From positions 1 to 64,000 of the forward strand of contig KZ538447.1 of NCBI GenBank assembly GCA_000934665.2: a DNA stretch of 64,000 nt, given 5' to 3'. The position numbers were made by a program, and so were the translations under genes. Below, in pieces: positions 1 to 10,135 of the stretch; position 1 is the stretch's first letter; the number at the start of each line of letters is the position of its first letter. The notes below the pieces were generated by a model. The model made no database searches, was not told the DNA's origin, and saw only the letters and a list, made by a program, of their open reading frames with translations. This DNA comes from Catajapyx aquilonaris (lineage: Eukaryota).

Positions 1-242
1 CCCCCCTGCCACAAGCCACTACTCCGGATGCCCTGGCCACGCCGAAGTGTATTACCCATCGACCCCGCCATGGGACCTCTACTCTCCGGAGCGAAGGAAG
101 CATTATCCTCAGACCTATTTACCGATTTACCCATTAATTACCCTACGCCATTTACACATATCCAAACAAACAGCCTTATAGCCTCATCCACATCGGGAGA
201 ACCCAAGGGATAACCGCAAAATCCGTATATGAACTGACAAAA

Positions 243-426
243 TCAAGGCACACACCTATACATTTTAATTGGCTCTGTCTGTCCGCTGGACTTTTCCACA
301 CTGTTCTTCTTGGTGTCCTGTTCAGGCTCCGGACGCTGGGCAAGGTTCGGAATGTTGTCTTCCATAATCTTTCGGGATTCACTCCTTGTCACCTGAAGAC
401 TCTTTTCTTCCAAGTTAGACTCATTC
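243..426 (-). CDS. Acidic repeat exon, copy 3 (donor at 255, or read on to TGA at 243)
   Basis: NESNLEEKSLQVTRSESRKIMEDNIPNLAQRPEPEQDTKKNSVEKSSGQTEPIKMY; AG|GTGTGTGCCT resembles the other repeat donors. Confidence 0.62.
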
Positions 427-3400
427 CTGGGGAATACCACATGATCCCATAATTTAGCTCACATCCGTATCGGCAGATAATTATGTGTTAAAATCAACGG
501 ACAAAACCGAGGCTCTCACTCGTTTCGCTGAGTTGCCTCTGACGCTGACTGTCCACTGGGATCTTCGACACGCTCCTCTTCAGACTCCTGACGTTGGTCA
601 AGGTTCGGGATATCTTCCATGATCGTCGTGACTTCAGCCATTGCCACCTGAAGACTATTTTCATCCAAGTTAGACTTATCCCTGGAATACCATAAATGTT
701 CCCATAATTTAGCACACATCCGTATCGGAAGATAATTATTATGTGTTAAAATCAACGGACAAAACCGAGGCTCTCACTCGTTTTGCTGAGTTTCCCCTGA
801 CTGTCCGCTGGGATCTTCGACAAGCTCCTCTTCAGGCTCCGGACGTTGGTCAAGGTTCGGGATATCTTCTTCCATGATCTTCGTGACTTCAACCATTTCC
901 ACCTGAGGACTATTTTCAGCGACGTCCAACTCATCCCTAAAAAACATACCACGTGTTTCATAATTCAGATCACATCCACATAAGAACAGTGATGTCGCGT
1001 TTATAGGCTACACACGTCCTGTTGGCATATTGCAGAGGAGAAAAGGAGCGGGAGGTGTACGGGGGAAAGGGCTAATAAATTTGTCGGGTTCCGGAATACC
1101 AACAGGACAGGAGAGGACGCGACAATCCAAGAGATACGGATTCCGCGGATGGAGAACCAAGTAAACCCATTGAGCATTTCCACTTGCCTTGGTTGTGTAA
1201 CAGGCTGGGACAGCGACACTACTGATGCCTGTTCTACAGAAGGCATTTCTTCTTTTTCAGTACTCCAATCGGCCAACATTGTGTCGATGTTCTCACCTTC
1301 CCTTCTGGATTTTGGGTAATGCCATTCTTGATACGAAGGACGAGGTTCTTTCCTGCTGCTCTTCCGAGAAACCCTACTTGTTCTCTTTTCGTGTCCAAAT
1401 AGGCTCTCTATCATGGCCTCGTCAACTGGTCTTAACTGCAGGAGTCGGAATATTATCAGCGCAAAGCCGTGCTTATCAACTTCAAGAACTTCATTGACAC
1501 CATTGAGCTCCTGCGCCTGCCTGGCCAATTTTTCAGCCGCAGCTGCCTCCACTTCCACATACATAGCAATTGCGCCTACGCGATCGATCTGAATCCTTAA
1601 AATGTAGATTTTATTAATGAACACCACAATGGTCGTGTGTTCCACCTATAATGAATTCACACTCATTATCGCGTACAATATAATTATGTCGATTTCAAAT
1701 AAGAGAAAAGGTCTTACCTGACTATATGAAGCCACATGAATTCCCTCTTCAGACAACAACACTTTTTCGCTGGGTACAATAATACGTCCGAACACTTGTA
1801 TTAGTGAGCAACTCACTGCCAAGCCATCATCAGGTGGATGTTCCAATACCTATAATGTAACGTGCAGAACATGATCTGTTCAAAATGGCAGGTCGTCAAT
1901 AAAACCTACTCTGATTTTGTTGCTCTTGGGGAGCTTTGGCAGGGGTGCTGACAGGGAGGGGAAGCTGAGTGGCTCGTCGACTTTCGGTTTGTGGCTGATG
2001 TTGCTGAATAGCCACCTGCAGAATTCATAGTCAATTTCGTCGTGGAAGTGGAGACAGTTTAAGTACTCCAAAAACCTGATGAACTTTTCTAAATATCAAT
2101 TGAGAAATGTGTAATGCTGTATTCATGTTACAATATTATTTTCATACAGTGCAGTGAATAAAGTACGCTATACCTGGAAATCTGCGGCCCACATAGTGCC
2201 GTTGAAGGGATGATCGTAGGTTGCTCATGAAGTGTTTTTTAACTTCATAGACCTCTTCAGTGGCGTGATGCTCCCAGGGAAGCGTCCTTCCCATCAAATG
2301 CAGCATGTTGTAACCTATCATTTCCAGATCCCCCCTCCAGGAATGTCCTGTAACATTTGACACCAAACAACTCAGCAAAGTCCACAATACAGGGTGTCTC
2401 AACTTTTTTGTCCTAACAGTTATCGGAAATATTGTACTAAGCTGCTTATTTGTTAGTCAGTGACTTGCAACCACAGTGATGATTCCGTGGCTTTATCAGT
2501 TGAGGGATGTGCCAGGAATGTTGGGTATCATATTCTGGCTACATAGCTAGAAGCTACATAGGCTTTTCCGATAACTGTTCGGACAAAAAAGTCGAGAAAC
2601 CCTTAACGTCACACAGAAGAAAGAGAAGCAGTTTTGGAGTTTTGATATTTGCAAAACGAAAACAAGCAAACAATATCGTATATTTCTGTGGGACTTGACA
2701 GAATCGGTCATTCACATGGTGCACTTTATTAAGTGTAATTTTCATACTCACAGTACAGTAGATAGTGTAAGTGTTTCCGTTAGGAGTTTTAGAGCATGTT
2801 CTATCTTTTGCGCTTATACGTACGTAAATAGTTAAAAAAGGCACGTTCTGAACGTGGGAATAGAAATATATCTGCCGAATATTGTAAATGTACACTGAAA
2901 AAACCGAAATGATTACAGTAACCAAAACTATTTGGTTGAGTGAGATTTGGTTGCTTTCACCAAAATCTTAGCTGAATTGAAAAAACAGAATTGGTTGAAG
3001 TATAACCAAAACATTTTGGTTGAAGGGTAAAGGGCCTATGCGATCGTTTCAACCAAAACCTTAGCTACTACAACCAAATGTACACCATGTCAACGAAAAT
3101 TTTGGTTACATCAACCAAATTTTTAGCAGGTTCTATATTAACCTTCCTATTTGGTTGAATTAAACATGTTTTTGGTTTGTTCAACTATATTTTTTTTTGA
3201 GTGTAAGAATAATTATGTTCTGCCGATTAGGAAAAAAAAACAACATATCCAACAGTAGGCCCTACAGCCTAGCCATTATTAATGTTCAAGCCCCAATCAT
3301 CCATCTTTGCCCAGAATACATAATGCCCAGAAGCAGGATATATTACTGCAAAGTTGTAAACTGAAGGGATGACGGAATATATTGTAACCCCTTGGCTCGA

Positions 3401-6370
3401 GGAAGGCAGCATGAAGCCATATCATAATGTGTTCAGCCTAGAATAGTACAGACGCCACAACCCTTTCACTATATGAAGGGTCGCCCCGAATAATGTTGTA
3501 AGTGATTAAATGTAACCCATGACATTTACAACATTATTCAGGGCAATCCTTCATATATCACAAATAAGATATTTTTTATCGTTGTGACACTGGCATTATT
3601 GTACGAGAAAACAATCAGTAGACTACTGTATAGGTCATACTGCCTCTCAGATTTCCCGACCAATATTGCAGTTCTCGAAAAAAAAAAACCACTTCATTGC
3701 CATTTGATTTAGTCCAAAGAGGAAACCCTGAAACTGCCGGCCACTATCGCTTATTTCAAACGAATCGACAGTATGATGGTACGCCTGAAAACTCTTCCAA
3801 GGCCAAAGATTCCGCTGCAGTTTTTCCTAATAGCGATTTATATAATTCTTATGTCACTTAAAGCAGTGACCGGGAGTGACGCTTTCATAATTATATAGTG
3901 TTGTAAAAATACGTAAATTTTTACTGAACCCCCTTTTCCGCCTTTTTTGAAAATATGTTTTTATCCTGCAAACTTTTACAGAAACTATTTGGCTTTTTCA
4001 TGTCCATTATCAAGTTTAATAACTGTAAAAATTATTACAGTTATTACTGACTTCTCATATTTAAATGGCTTAAAATGGAAACATGGAAAGTCTCACTTTC
4101 CAGATTTTTATTGTTAATAAAATTAGAAAGTGAGCCTGCCACTGTTGGTCGTCCCCCTTTTCTGGGGCATCTTCAAAACACATAGGGTCTGCAAGTACAG
4201 TATATTCCAGGACCTACTCATTGTAACAGCAGATTTCTGCAGGGCTTCCCTCAGTGATTGGGTCAGAGAGCAAGTATTAGTCAGAAAAATTTTGCAGTCA
4301 CTTTTATGAAAACTTGAATAAATATGATTCAGCATAAATGATTATCTAATCATTCCACAAACTTCAGAGTACAAACCCGATAAATTACTCGTACGCAACT
4401 TATTCAGTTTCCAATAAAATATTACTAATGAAAATGAATGTATGTCAAATGACTTTTTGTCATTGGTTGAACGTTGAAGTATAACAAGCCTGCCGAGGAC
4501 GGAAAGGCACGAAGACCGACGGAATGACGGAAAATACGTAACTACCGAAACAATGTGATCATAAAGGTTTATCTCCAAGACGGAAAACAAATAGATCACG
4601 AATTACTGTGGGTTGACTTAAGAGAATGTTACCACCAACTAAAAGTTTTCGTCCCACTCCTATATAGAGTGTATAGATACTGCTAAGTTAGCAGTGGAAC
4701 GAAAATTCGACCCTAAATATCTTTATGTAACATTTGACTGGAATGTACTGTACGTGATTCGTTCCAAGTTCAGGTTACATGATCACCTCGAAAATATATA
4801 ATATGAGAGTCTACAGAGCACCCAGGTCTCCTTCCAGACATAATATGAAGCCATTGAAACTCGAGACCTCATGCAGAACAAGTAGCTACCATAACCTATA
4901 CGGGGACGAATGGGCAACTTATTCTTGTTAGATTTATCACGATTGGAACCTTTCAGTTTAAAATGCCAATTTTTCCAATCGCTATTAACATGACCGCCCC
5001 ACAACAAAATAACTGAACTAACGCGAACAAATCGTCATGTTTGAGGAAAAAAAGCGGCAAAAACCGAGCAGGAAAAATAGCACCAAGTTGAAAGACCTCA
5101 TTAAAGACGCGTCATAGAAAGTCAGCAAATAATTATGAACTTACTATTTAAATGGGAGTCCCTAGATCTCAGCAGGAGGGAGGGCTCCATCCTATGCTCC
5201 ACACCGAGGCTGCTGGTCCCGTCGTAATGATCAGATAAGCCACCACCACTCAGGTAAATCTTTCCTTTTCTTCCTCGGATGGTTTCCAGTGTGACATCAT
5301 TGTGGATGAAACCATGTGCGTGTATGTACTCCACTGCATTGATCTGTAAGACCAGGATTATAAGTTACACAGGGCATTTAACTTTAAAAATAAAAGGTTC
5401 AACACGTATGCTGCAACATAGATCAAAATGAGTCTTGCTTGAAAGGAGTACTAACTAAGTTAATTCCGATTGAGAACACTCTTTGGTCACTAATTATTAT
5501 AGCTTCTCTTCGCAGGTATTCTTTCAATGACAGTCCCAGCTTGTCGAGGATATAGAACACCCACAAGTCTTCATCAACTGTAGGCACTTCCCCAAAGTCG
5601 TGTAATGTTTCAAGACCAACATGCTGCACTTGGACTTCTTCTTTCCATGCTGAAACTAAAGATTTATTTCATTGTACAATGCCTTAATAGTCTTGATAAA
5701 ATAATATGCGCAATGCATTTTCCTAACCTACTCTATAATAGTCTGTTATTTACTTATATTATAATAATGGATACCCCGTGATAGGCCTCCTATGGCCTTT
5801 TAGGGGATCATCTTTTATTCAACCGTATTTAAGCATTGCATGTCCTGTGATGGATTTTGATTGTGGGAGGAAACGGGAGAACCCTGAAAAAACCCACGAG
5901 AACACGGAGAGAACCCATGGAAACTATATTCACATAAGTATCCTCTGCCCAACCCGGGGATCGAACTCGGGACCTCAGAGGTGGAAGGCTGTGGCCACCT
6001 AGACCTCTAGGTCACCGTGCCCCCCCCTCCCCCCCGTTTTTCTTATATTATAACAATGCACATAATTATGAAGTTCACTTACTCATATCAGGAACTGAGA
6101 CATGTGAATAATATTCAAGCTCTGACCGGAAGACGTTGTTGGTGGAAACTTTCCCCTAAAAGTGGCAAAATACATAGGCTCAGCCCAAACATATCAACTG
6201 CATGATTTAAGATTGAAAATATTCTCTACTGATAACATATCCCTACCATCTTCAGGATGAACTCCGCTTTTTCTGGATCTTCTAATTCAAGTTTGTCGGT
6301 GACTGAAAAATAAATAAATAAATAAATTAATTAATTAATTAATTAATTAAACAACAACAGCAACAACAGC

Positions 6371-6448
<78 letters not shown>

Positions 6449-6449
6449 C

Positions 6450-6501
<52 letters not shown>

Positions 6502-8315
6502 GGAACTACTACTTGTACTATAAGACTACTATATACTACTGCGACCGACCCTTATACCATACGTTTGAAAGTTTATCCTCCGAAGTATTTAAAACAGTCC
6601 AGCCGTAGCAGTCAAGGCGCACTACACGAGTCACGAGTGATAGTATACAGTACAGTGACACGACGCGACGTACACTACCAGTACAGCCCATCTGAACGTC
6701 TCCAACAATATTATTGGGAGAGATTACTCGTTCCAGTCACGAAAGTGCACTTTACTCCGTGTACTATGCTCAGGCGCGACTGAAGCCAGTCATGCCATCC
6801 CAATAATTTTAATCCACCTCATTGTTGGTGTTCGTCATATGGCCAATATTATGTTCTGGTCTCGAACTTGCAAAAGATTGGAGGAAGGGTTATGTGATAC
6901 CCTTTCGTTCAAACCCCTATTGTCAAATGGAATTATCGTCAAGTGCAGATGTGCAGTGGTTTCCAACCTTTTACCAACTGCGACCCCGCCTAAACATGTT
7001 TCCATAAATGTGCGACCCCCCCCCCNNTGACCCATTTCCAGAAAACATATGCCCTCTGTACGGCCGCAAAAATGGTTCAATTTACACAGAAATTGCAAAA
7101 AAAAAAAAAAAAAGTTGAGCAAAGGCTCGCGACCCCCCCGCGACCTTTCCCGCGACCCCCAGGTTGGAAACCACTGGTCTAGTGCACCTTTGTCGAAACA
7201 ATCTTTGACTAAGGGTAAATATTTTCGTCCAAATATCGAAAGCTAGTTACAGCATTAGTATAGTAGAAGATCTCATTAGCGCCTCCTACCTTGATCGACT
7301 GCTGTGGAAAATAAACGTCACATTAACAAGAATAAATCTCCAGCATGAATGATCTATTCTACTGTATATACCGGTAGTGTATGACCTCATCAGTACTGGA
7401 GCTGGGCCTTCAGTCATCGGGCAAAGATTTTAGGCATGTTTCATCTTTATGAAAAGGCTTTTCTATATTGTATATAGATTAGAAAAATTTCTTCTAGTGA
7501 AATATCATCTGCACTGATTTGGAGTTGCTTTTCAAAAATTATTGGGTCTTTATTTTCTAATATAACCCTATTATAATCAGCTTTTACTGTCTTTGATAGC
7601 CCCTGAGAGTTACTGATCACAAATAATTGCTTAAAAATAAATCAGCTCAGTGCCAAAAAGTCACAAACCTTTAAGGACATTTTTCACTCTGACATGTACG
7701 CGTGTCAAGTAAGGCAGAAATAAGCAGGTCGAGTGTGAAGCAGCGCAATATTTTCGAGATCTTGTTTCGGAAATGAATATCAGGAATGAGACATGAACCT
7801 AGATTCGGAGTAAGAATTCTGGTAGCCCACTTCAAAGCGAAAGCATGAATACACAAATATACGAGCATCTTATCTTTCACTGGCGTCGAGAAGATATAGG
7901 TTTCTATGCACTCATTGTCAGCGCACATGATATACTGTATACATTACCATGCCAGAATAATTTGCATGCAACATATTTATGGCGGGCCCGAAGGACACAA
8001 AATATCACCACGTTCTATTCGATTATTATTTCCTTGCATAACAAACTCTGAGAAACATACTACACACTACACATACTCGTATATCTACGAGTATATACCT
8101 ACACACACCGGTATAGAGTATAATTATAGAGAATACTTACCTACGTACTCTTGTCCGCAATTACTACTGCTTACAAACTTTAAAATCTTCCATGATGTTC
8201 CGCTACATCCTGTGACTAGTTTCCCTACAGGTAGACCCATGTCTTCACTGATTGTTGTGAGCTCTGACTCTTCCGAGAACTTCCTCTTCCTTTGCCTGTG
8301 TTGTTGTGTTCCCAT
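243..8315 (-). CDS. Divergent VRK/CK1-group kinase-like protein (probable pseudokinase) with a PH-like domain and acidic repeat tail; 13-exon model, about 720 aa, 3' end may continue past the window start
   Basis: Phase-consistent exons (minus): 8141-8315, 7290-7301, 6247-6302, 6083-6155, 5456-5655, 5145-5343, 2174-2347, 1910-2088, 1718-1849, 1188-1645, 778-936, 520-681, 243/256-426. VRK-like motifs: EFILKM, SELEYY, VEYIHAHGFIHND, HSWRGDLEMIGYNMLHLMGRTLPWE, FLEYLNCLHFHDEIDYEFCR. Confidence 0.8.
520..681 (-). CDS. Acidic repeat exon, copy 2
   Basis: DKSNLDENSLQVAMAEVTTIMEDIPNLDQRQESEEERVEDPSGQSASEATQRNE; 162 nt, phase 2-2, GT-AG. Confidence 0.7.
778..936 (-). CDS. Acidic repeat exon, copy 1
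   Basis: ttttttAG|G-DELDVAENSPQVEMVEVTKIMEEDIPNLDQRPEPEEELVEDPSGQSGETQQNE|GTGAGA; 159 nt, phase 2-2. Confidence 0.7.
1188..1645 (-). CDS. Exon completing the PH-like domain plus linker; ends at a GC donor
   Basis: VEHTTIVVFINKIYILRIQ...AMIESLF...QPR; AAG|GCAAGT donor gives the phase 2 required by the next exon. Confidence 0.68.
1718..1849 (-). CDS. Exon starting the PH-like (SENP6/7-type) domain
   Basis: attatAG|VLEHPPDDGLAVSCSLIQVFGRIIVPSEKVLLSEEGIHVASYSQ|GTAAGA; phase 0 to 0. Confidence 0.72.
1910..2088 (-). CDS. VRK-like exon, end of kinase domain
   Basis: EKFIRFLEYLNCLHFHDEIDYEFCRWLF...KIR|GTAGGT; phase 1 to 0. Confidence 0.82.
2174..2347 (-). CDS. VRK-like C-lobe exon
   Basis: RHSWRGDLEMIGYNMLHLMGRTLPWE...KKHFMSN, matching the VRK SRRGDLExLGY...LPWE motif; phase 1 to 1. 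Confidence 0.88.
2893..3203. mobile_element. Non-autonomous CACTA/EnSpm-like MITE
   Basis: Ends CACTGAAAAAA ... TTTTTTTTGAGTG, TA on both flanks, many internal AACCAAA/TTTGGTT subterminal repeats. Confidence 0.72.
3471..3556. repeat. Short inverted repeat or mini-MITE
   Basis: atatgaagggtcgccccgaataatgttgtaa pairs imperfectly with ttacaacattattcagggcaatccttcatat. Confidence 0.75.
5145..5343 (-). CDS. VRK-like exon with catalytic loop and activation segment
   Basis: INAVEYIHAHGFIHNDVTLET...IYLSGGGLSDHY...RSRDSHLN|GTAAGT; phase 0 to 1. Confidence 0.85.
5456..5655 (-). CDS. VRK-like exon (hinge region)
   Basis: ISAWKEEVQVQHVGLETLHDFG...FYILDKLGLSLKEYL...VFSIGINL|GTTAGT; phase 1 to 0. Confidence 0.8.
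5849..6022 (-). mobile_element. tRNA-derived SINE
   Basis: Minus strand: GGGGCACGGTGACCTAGAGG (A-box-like), GAGTTCGATCCC (B-box), then GTGGGTTTTTTCAGGGTTCTCCCGTTTCCTCCCACA, the core seen in V/Meta-type SINEs; 3' boundary approximate. Confidence 0.78.
6083..6155 (-). CDS. VRK-like exon with the alpha-C helix
   Basis: cttttAG|GKVSTNNVFRSELEYYSHVSVPDM|GTAAGT; phase 0 to 1. Confidence 0.75.
6247..6302 (-). CDS. VRK-like exon with the beta-3 lysine
   Basis: tttttcAG|...TDKLELEDPEKAEFILKM|GTAGGG; phase 1 to 0. Confidence 0.75.
6308..6501. repeat. Compound microsatellite (TAAA)n(TTAA)n(CAA)n(TAA)n
   Basis: Directly visible; abuts the acceptor of the 6247-6302 exon. Confidence 0.97.
6954..7176. 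mobile_element. hAT (Charlie-like) MITE
   Basis: Perfect 16-bp TIRs CAGTGGTTTCCAACCT / AGGTTGGAAACCACTG, internal GCGACCC repeats; flanking 8-mers (cagatgtg, gtctagtg) do not match as a TSD. Confidence 0.78.
7290..7301 (-). CDS. VRK-like gene, 12-nt microexon (AVDQ)
   Basis: ttttccacAG|CAGTCGATCAAG|GTAGGA; phase 1 to 1. Confidence 0.55.
8141..8315 (-). CDS. VRK-like gene, first coding exon (N-lobe start, degenerate G-loop)
   Basis: MGTQQHRQRKRK...LPVGKLVTGCSGTSWKILKFVSSSNCGQEYV; donor G|GTAAGT, phase 1. Confidence 0.7.
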
Positions 8316-9348
8316 TATGCGTGTATTTTTTAATTTCCTTGATTCTATTGCTGAGAATGGGACATTCCGAAGCAGGCGACTTTACTGTAATAAAAGTGCA
8401 TCATTATGCTTTTATGCCTGTGATAGTCTGGTTACTACTAGGCCTATATAAATGTTTTGCGACCTTTAACTCGTTTGAATCAGAAACGGATTAGGAATGT
8501 TTTCATTCTCGCCTACTCAATAGTAAAGACTTCGGGCTCAATTTTAGTGTACTGCCAACTTAGCAGTAACTAGCAGTGGGACGCAAATTCAGCCTTTTGT
8601 CGTCAGTCGCTGTTGGTCATTGTGATGGTTTCAGTATATATCTACTCATTATGACACGCATTATGAATGTTACCCAGTAAGGGCAATCGTCTATAAAAAT
8701 TCTATGATCGTTATGAGTATGATTTGATTATAACCTCAATTGGCATTAGAACACATTATTAATGGTTTTAAAATTTGTATAGTTTTAACGAAAAGCTGAT
8801 TGAGAGAGTTAGGATTTGGAATAAGAGAATTCTGAAGATGGGTTGAAACTGCCACAAGAGAGTTTCAACCAGGTTTCAACTATTCTGCATAACGCCACAA
8901 CTGTAAATACACATATAAATATGCCCAGTAATTTCAAAATATCCTTATCCTCTTGAAAACAATCATGGGAACTTGTAACAGTTTGTGTAAGTCAGGCTGA
9001 GATGGAATATATTTCTTGCATGCTTACAAAAAACTGCATCGTGCCAATGGTAGATGGCGTAACAAGGCCACAAGATGCCGGAAATATAGCCTACTTTATT
9101 TTGCATATAAATTTGTCTATAAGAATGCAAGTCAGTCTGACAGGCATCATCCATTAGGCCATAGCCAACTATTGTGACTGTATAGATTTGCAGCATTAGC
9201 AAATAAAATATGCGCTTCACTACATGATTGTGTATGTAGACTTTTTCGATTGATTATATAATAAATAAATAAAATATATTTGCCTGATTTACCTGTAATT
9301 TTCCTACAATAGTCCTGCTAAAATCATAATTCTAACTTTATACAGTAA

Positions 9349-9508
9349 GGGCCGTTTTCTCGAACAGTAGTTCATTTTAAACTCGGTTCAAACTTAGTTT
9401 AAACTCTGCTTTATTTGTTGCGTTTCCTATAGGATACTTCAAAGTAACAATGTTTCTAACAAACTTAAACCGGGTTTACATTTGAACCACTGTTCGAGAA
9501 AACGGCCC
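9349..9508. mobile_element. PIF/Harbinger-type MITE
   Basis: TIRs GGGCCGTTTTCTCGAACAGT / ACTGTTCGAGAAAACGGCCC with a TAA duplication on both sides. Confidence 0.85.
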
Positions 9509-9875
9509 TAAATGTAGTTCCCTGGAAGAAATTATCATTTACACGTGCTCAAAGTCCAGTGTATAGTGTAGGGCACGGTATATATGACCGGGAGGGGGGG
9601 GGGGGCAATAATGTTGGAAACAACCAAATAATACCCAAATAAATAACCAAATAAGTATAATAACCAAATAAGTGTCTCTAAACACCTCAGAAAAACTTCT
9701 AGAATTAGTGGCACCAGAGGGTCCTTTTATGTACCGAAGTCCCATGTGGTCTCCAAAACCTTGTTGATGAAACAATAATTTTTTATTGGAAAGGGCAAAA
9801 TACCGCGCCATTTTGCACTAAAAAAGGCTGTGACACTTTCACTATACTAGACGACTGCCATTATAACTTTCTAGT

Positions 9876-10135
9876 CTCGTTAAATGGTCTCTAACATAAA
9901 GTACTGTACAATATCCTGACAGGTATGCACCCCTCCATGGGGCCTTTTCAAAATATAACATAAAATAATATTGCTATCGATACAGCATATACGGTACTTT
10001 TAATATCATGTTTGATATAAATATCAATAAACATGATATTAAAAGTATGCTGTTGAAAAGGCCACATGGAGGGCTGCATACCTGTCACTCTGTCAGGATA
10101 TATTGTATAATTTATGTTACATACCATTTAACGAG
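9876..10135. repeat. Palindrome of about 260 bp (foldback or MITE-like)
   Basis: Nested inverted blocks: ctcgttaaatggt/accatttaacgag, tgacaggtatgca/tgcatacctgtca, ggccttttcaa/ttgaaaaggcc, tacttttaatatcatgttt/aaacatgatattaaaagta. Confidence 0.88.

Larger units (their letters stand above)
256..1015. repeat. Tandem triplication of an exon+intron unit of about 255 bp
   Basis: Near-identical intron blocks (cataatttagc..catccgtatcgg..gataatt..atgtgttaaaatcaacggacaaaaccgaggctctcac) at about 447-519 and 702-777; homologous exon blocks (caaggttcgg..ttccat..acctga) three times. Confidence 0.92.

Noticed and set aside
256..1015. Regularly spaced repeats as a CRISPR-like array
   Set aside because: Units are about 255 bp, fully homologous with no unique spacers, and correspond to exon+intron duplications in a eukaryotic gene
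5960..6022. tRNA gene
   Set aside because: Has A/B boxes but runs into a SINE core, and I could not form a full cloverleaf
7906..8451. 181-aa plus-strand ORF
   Set aside because: Antisense to the kinase first exon and intron, with no recognisable motif
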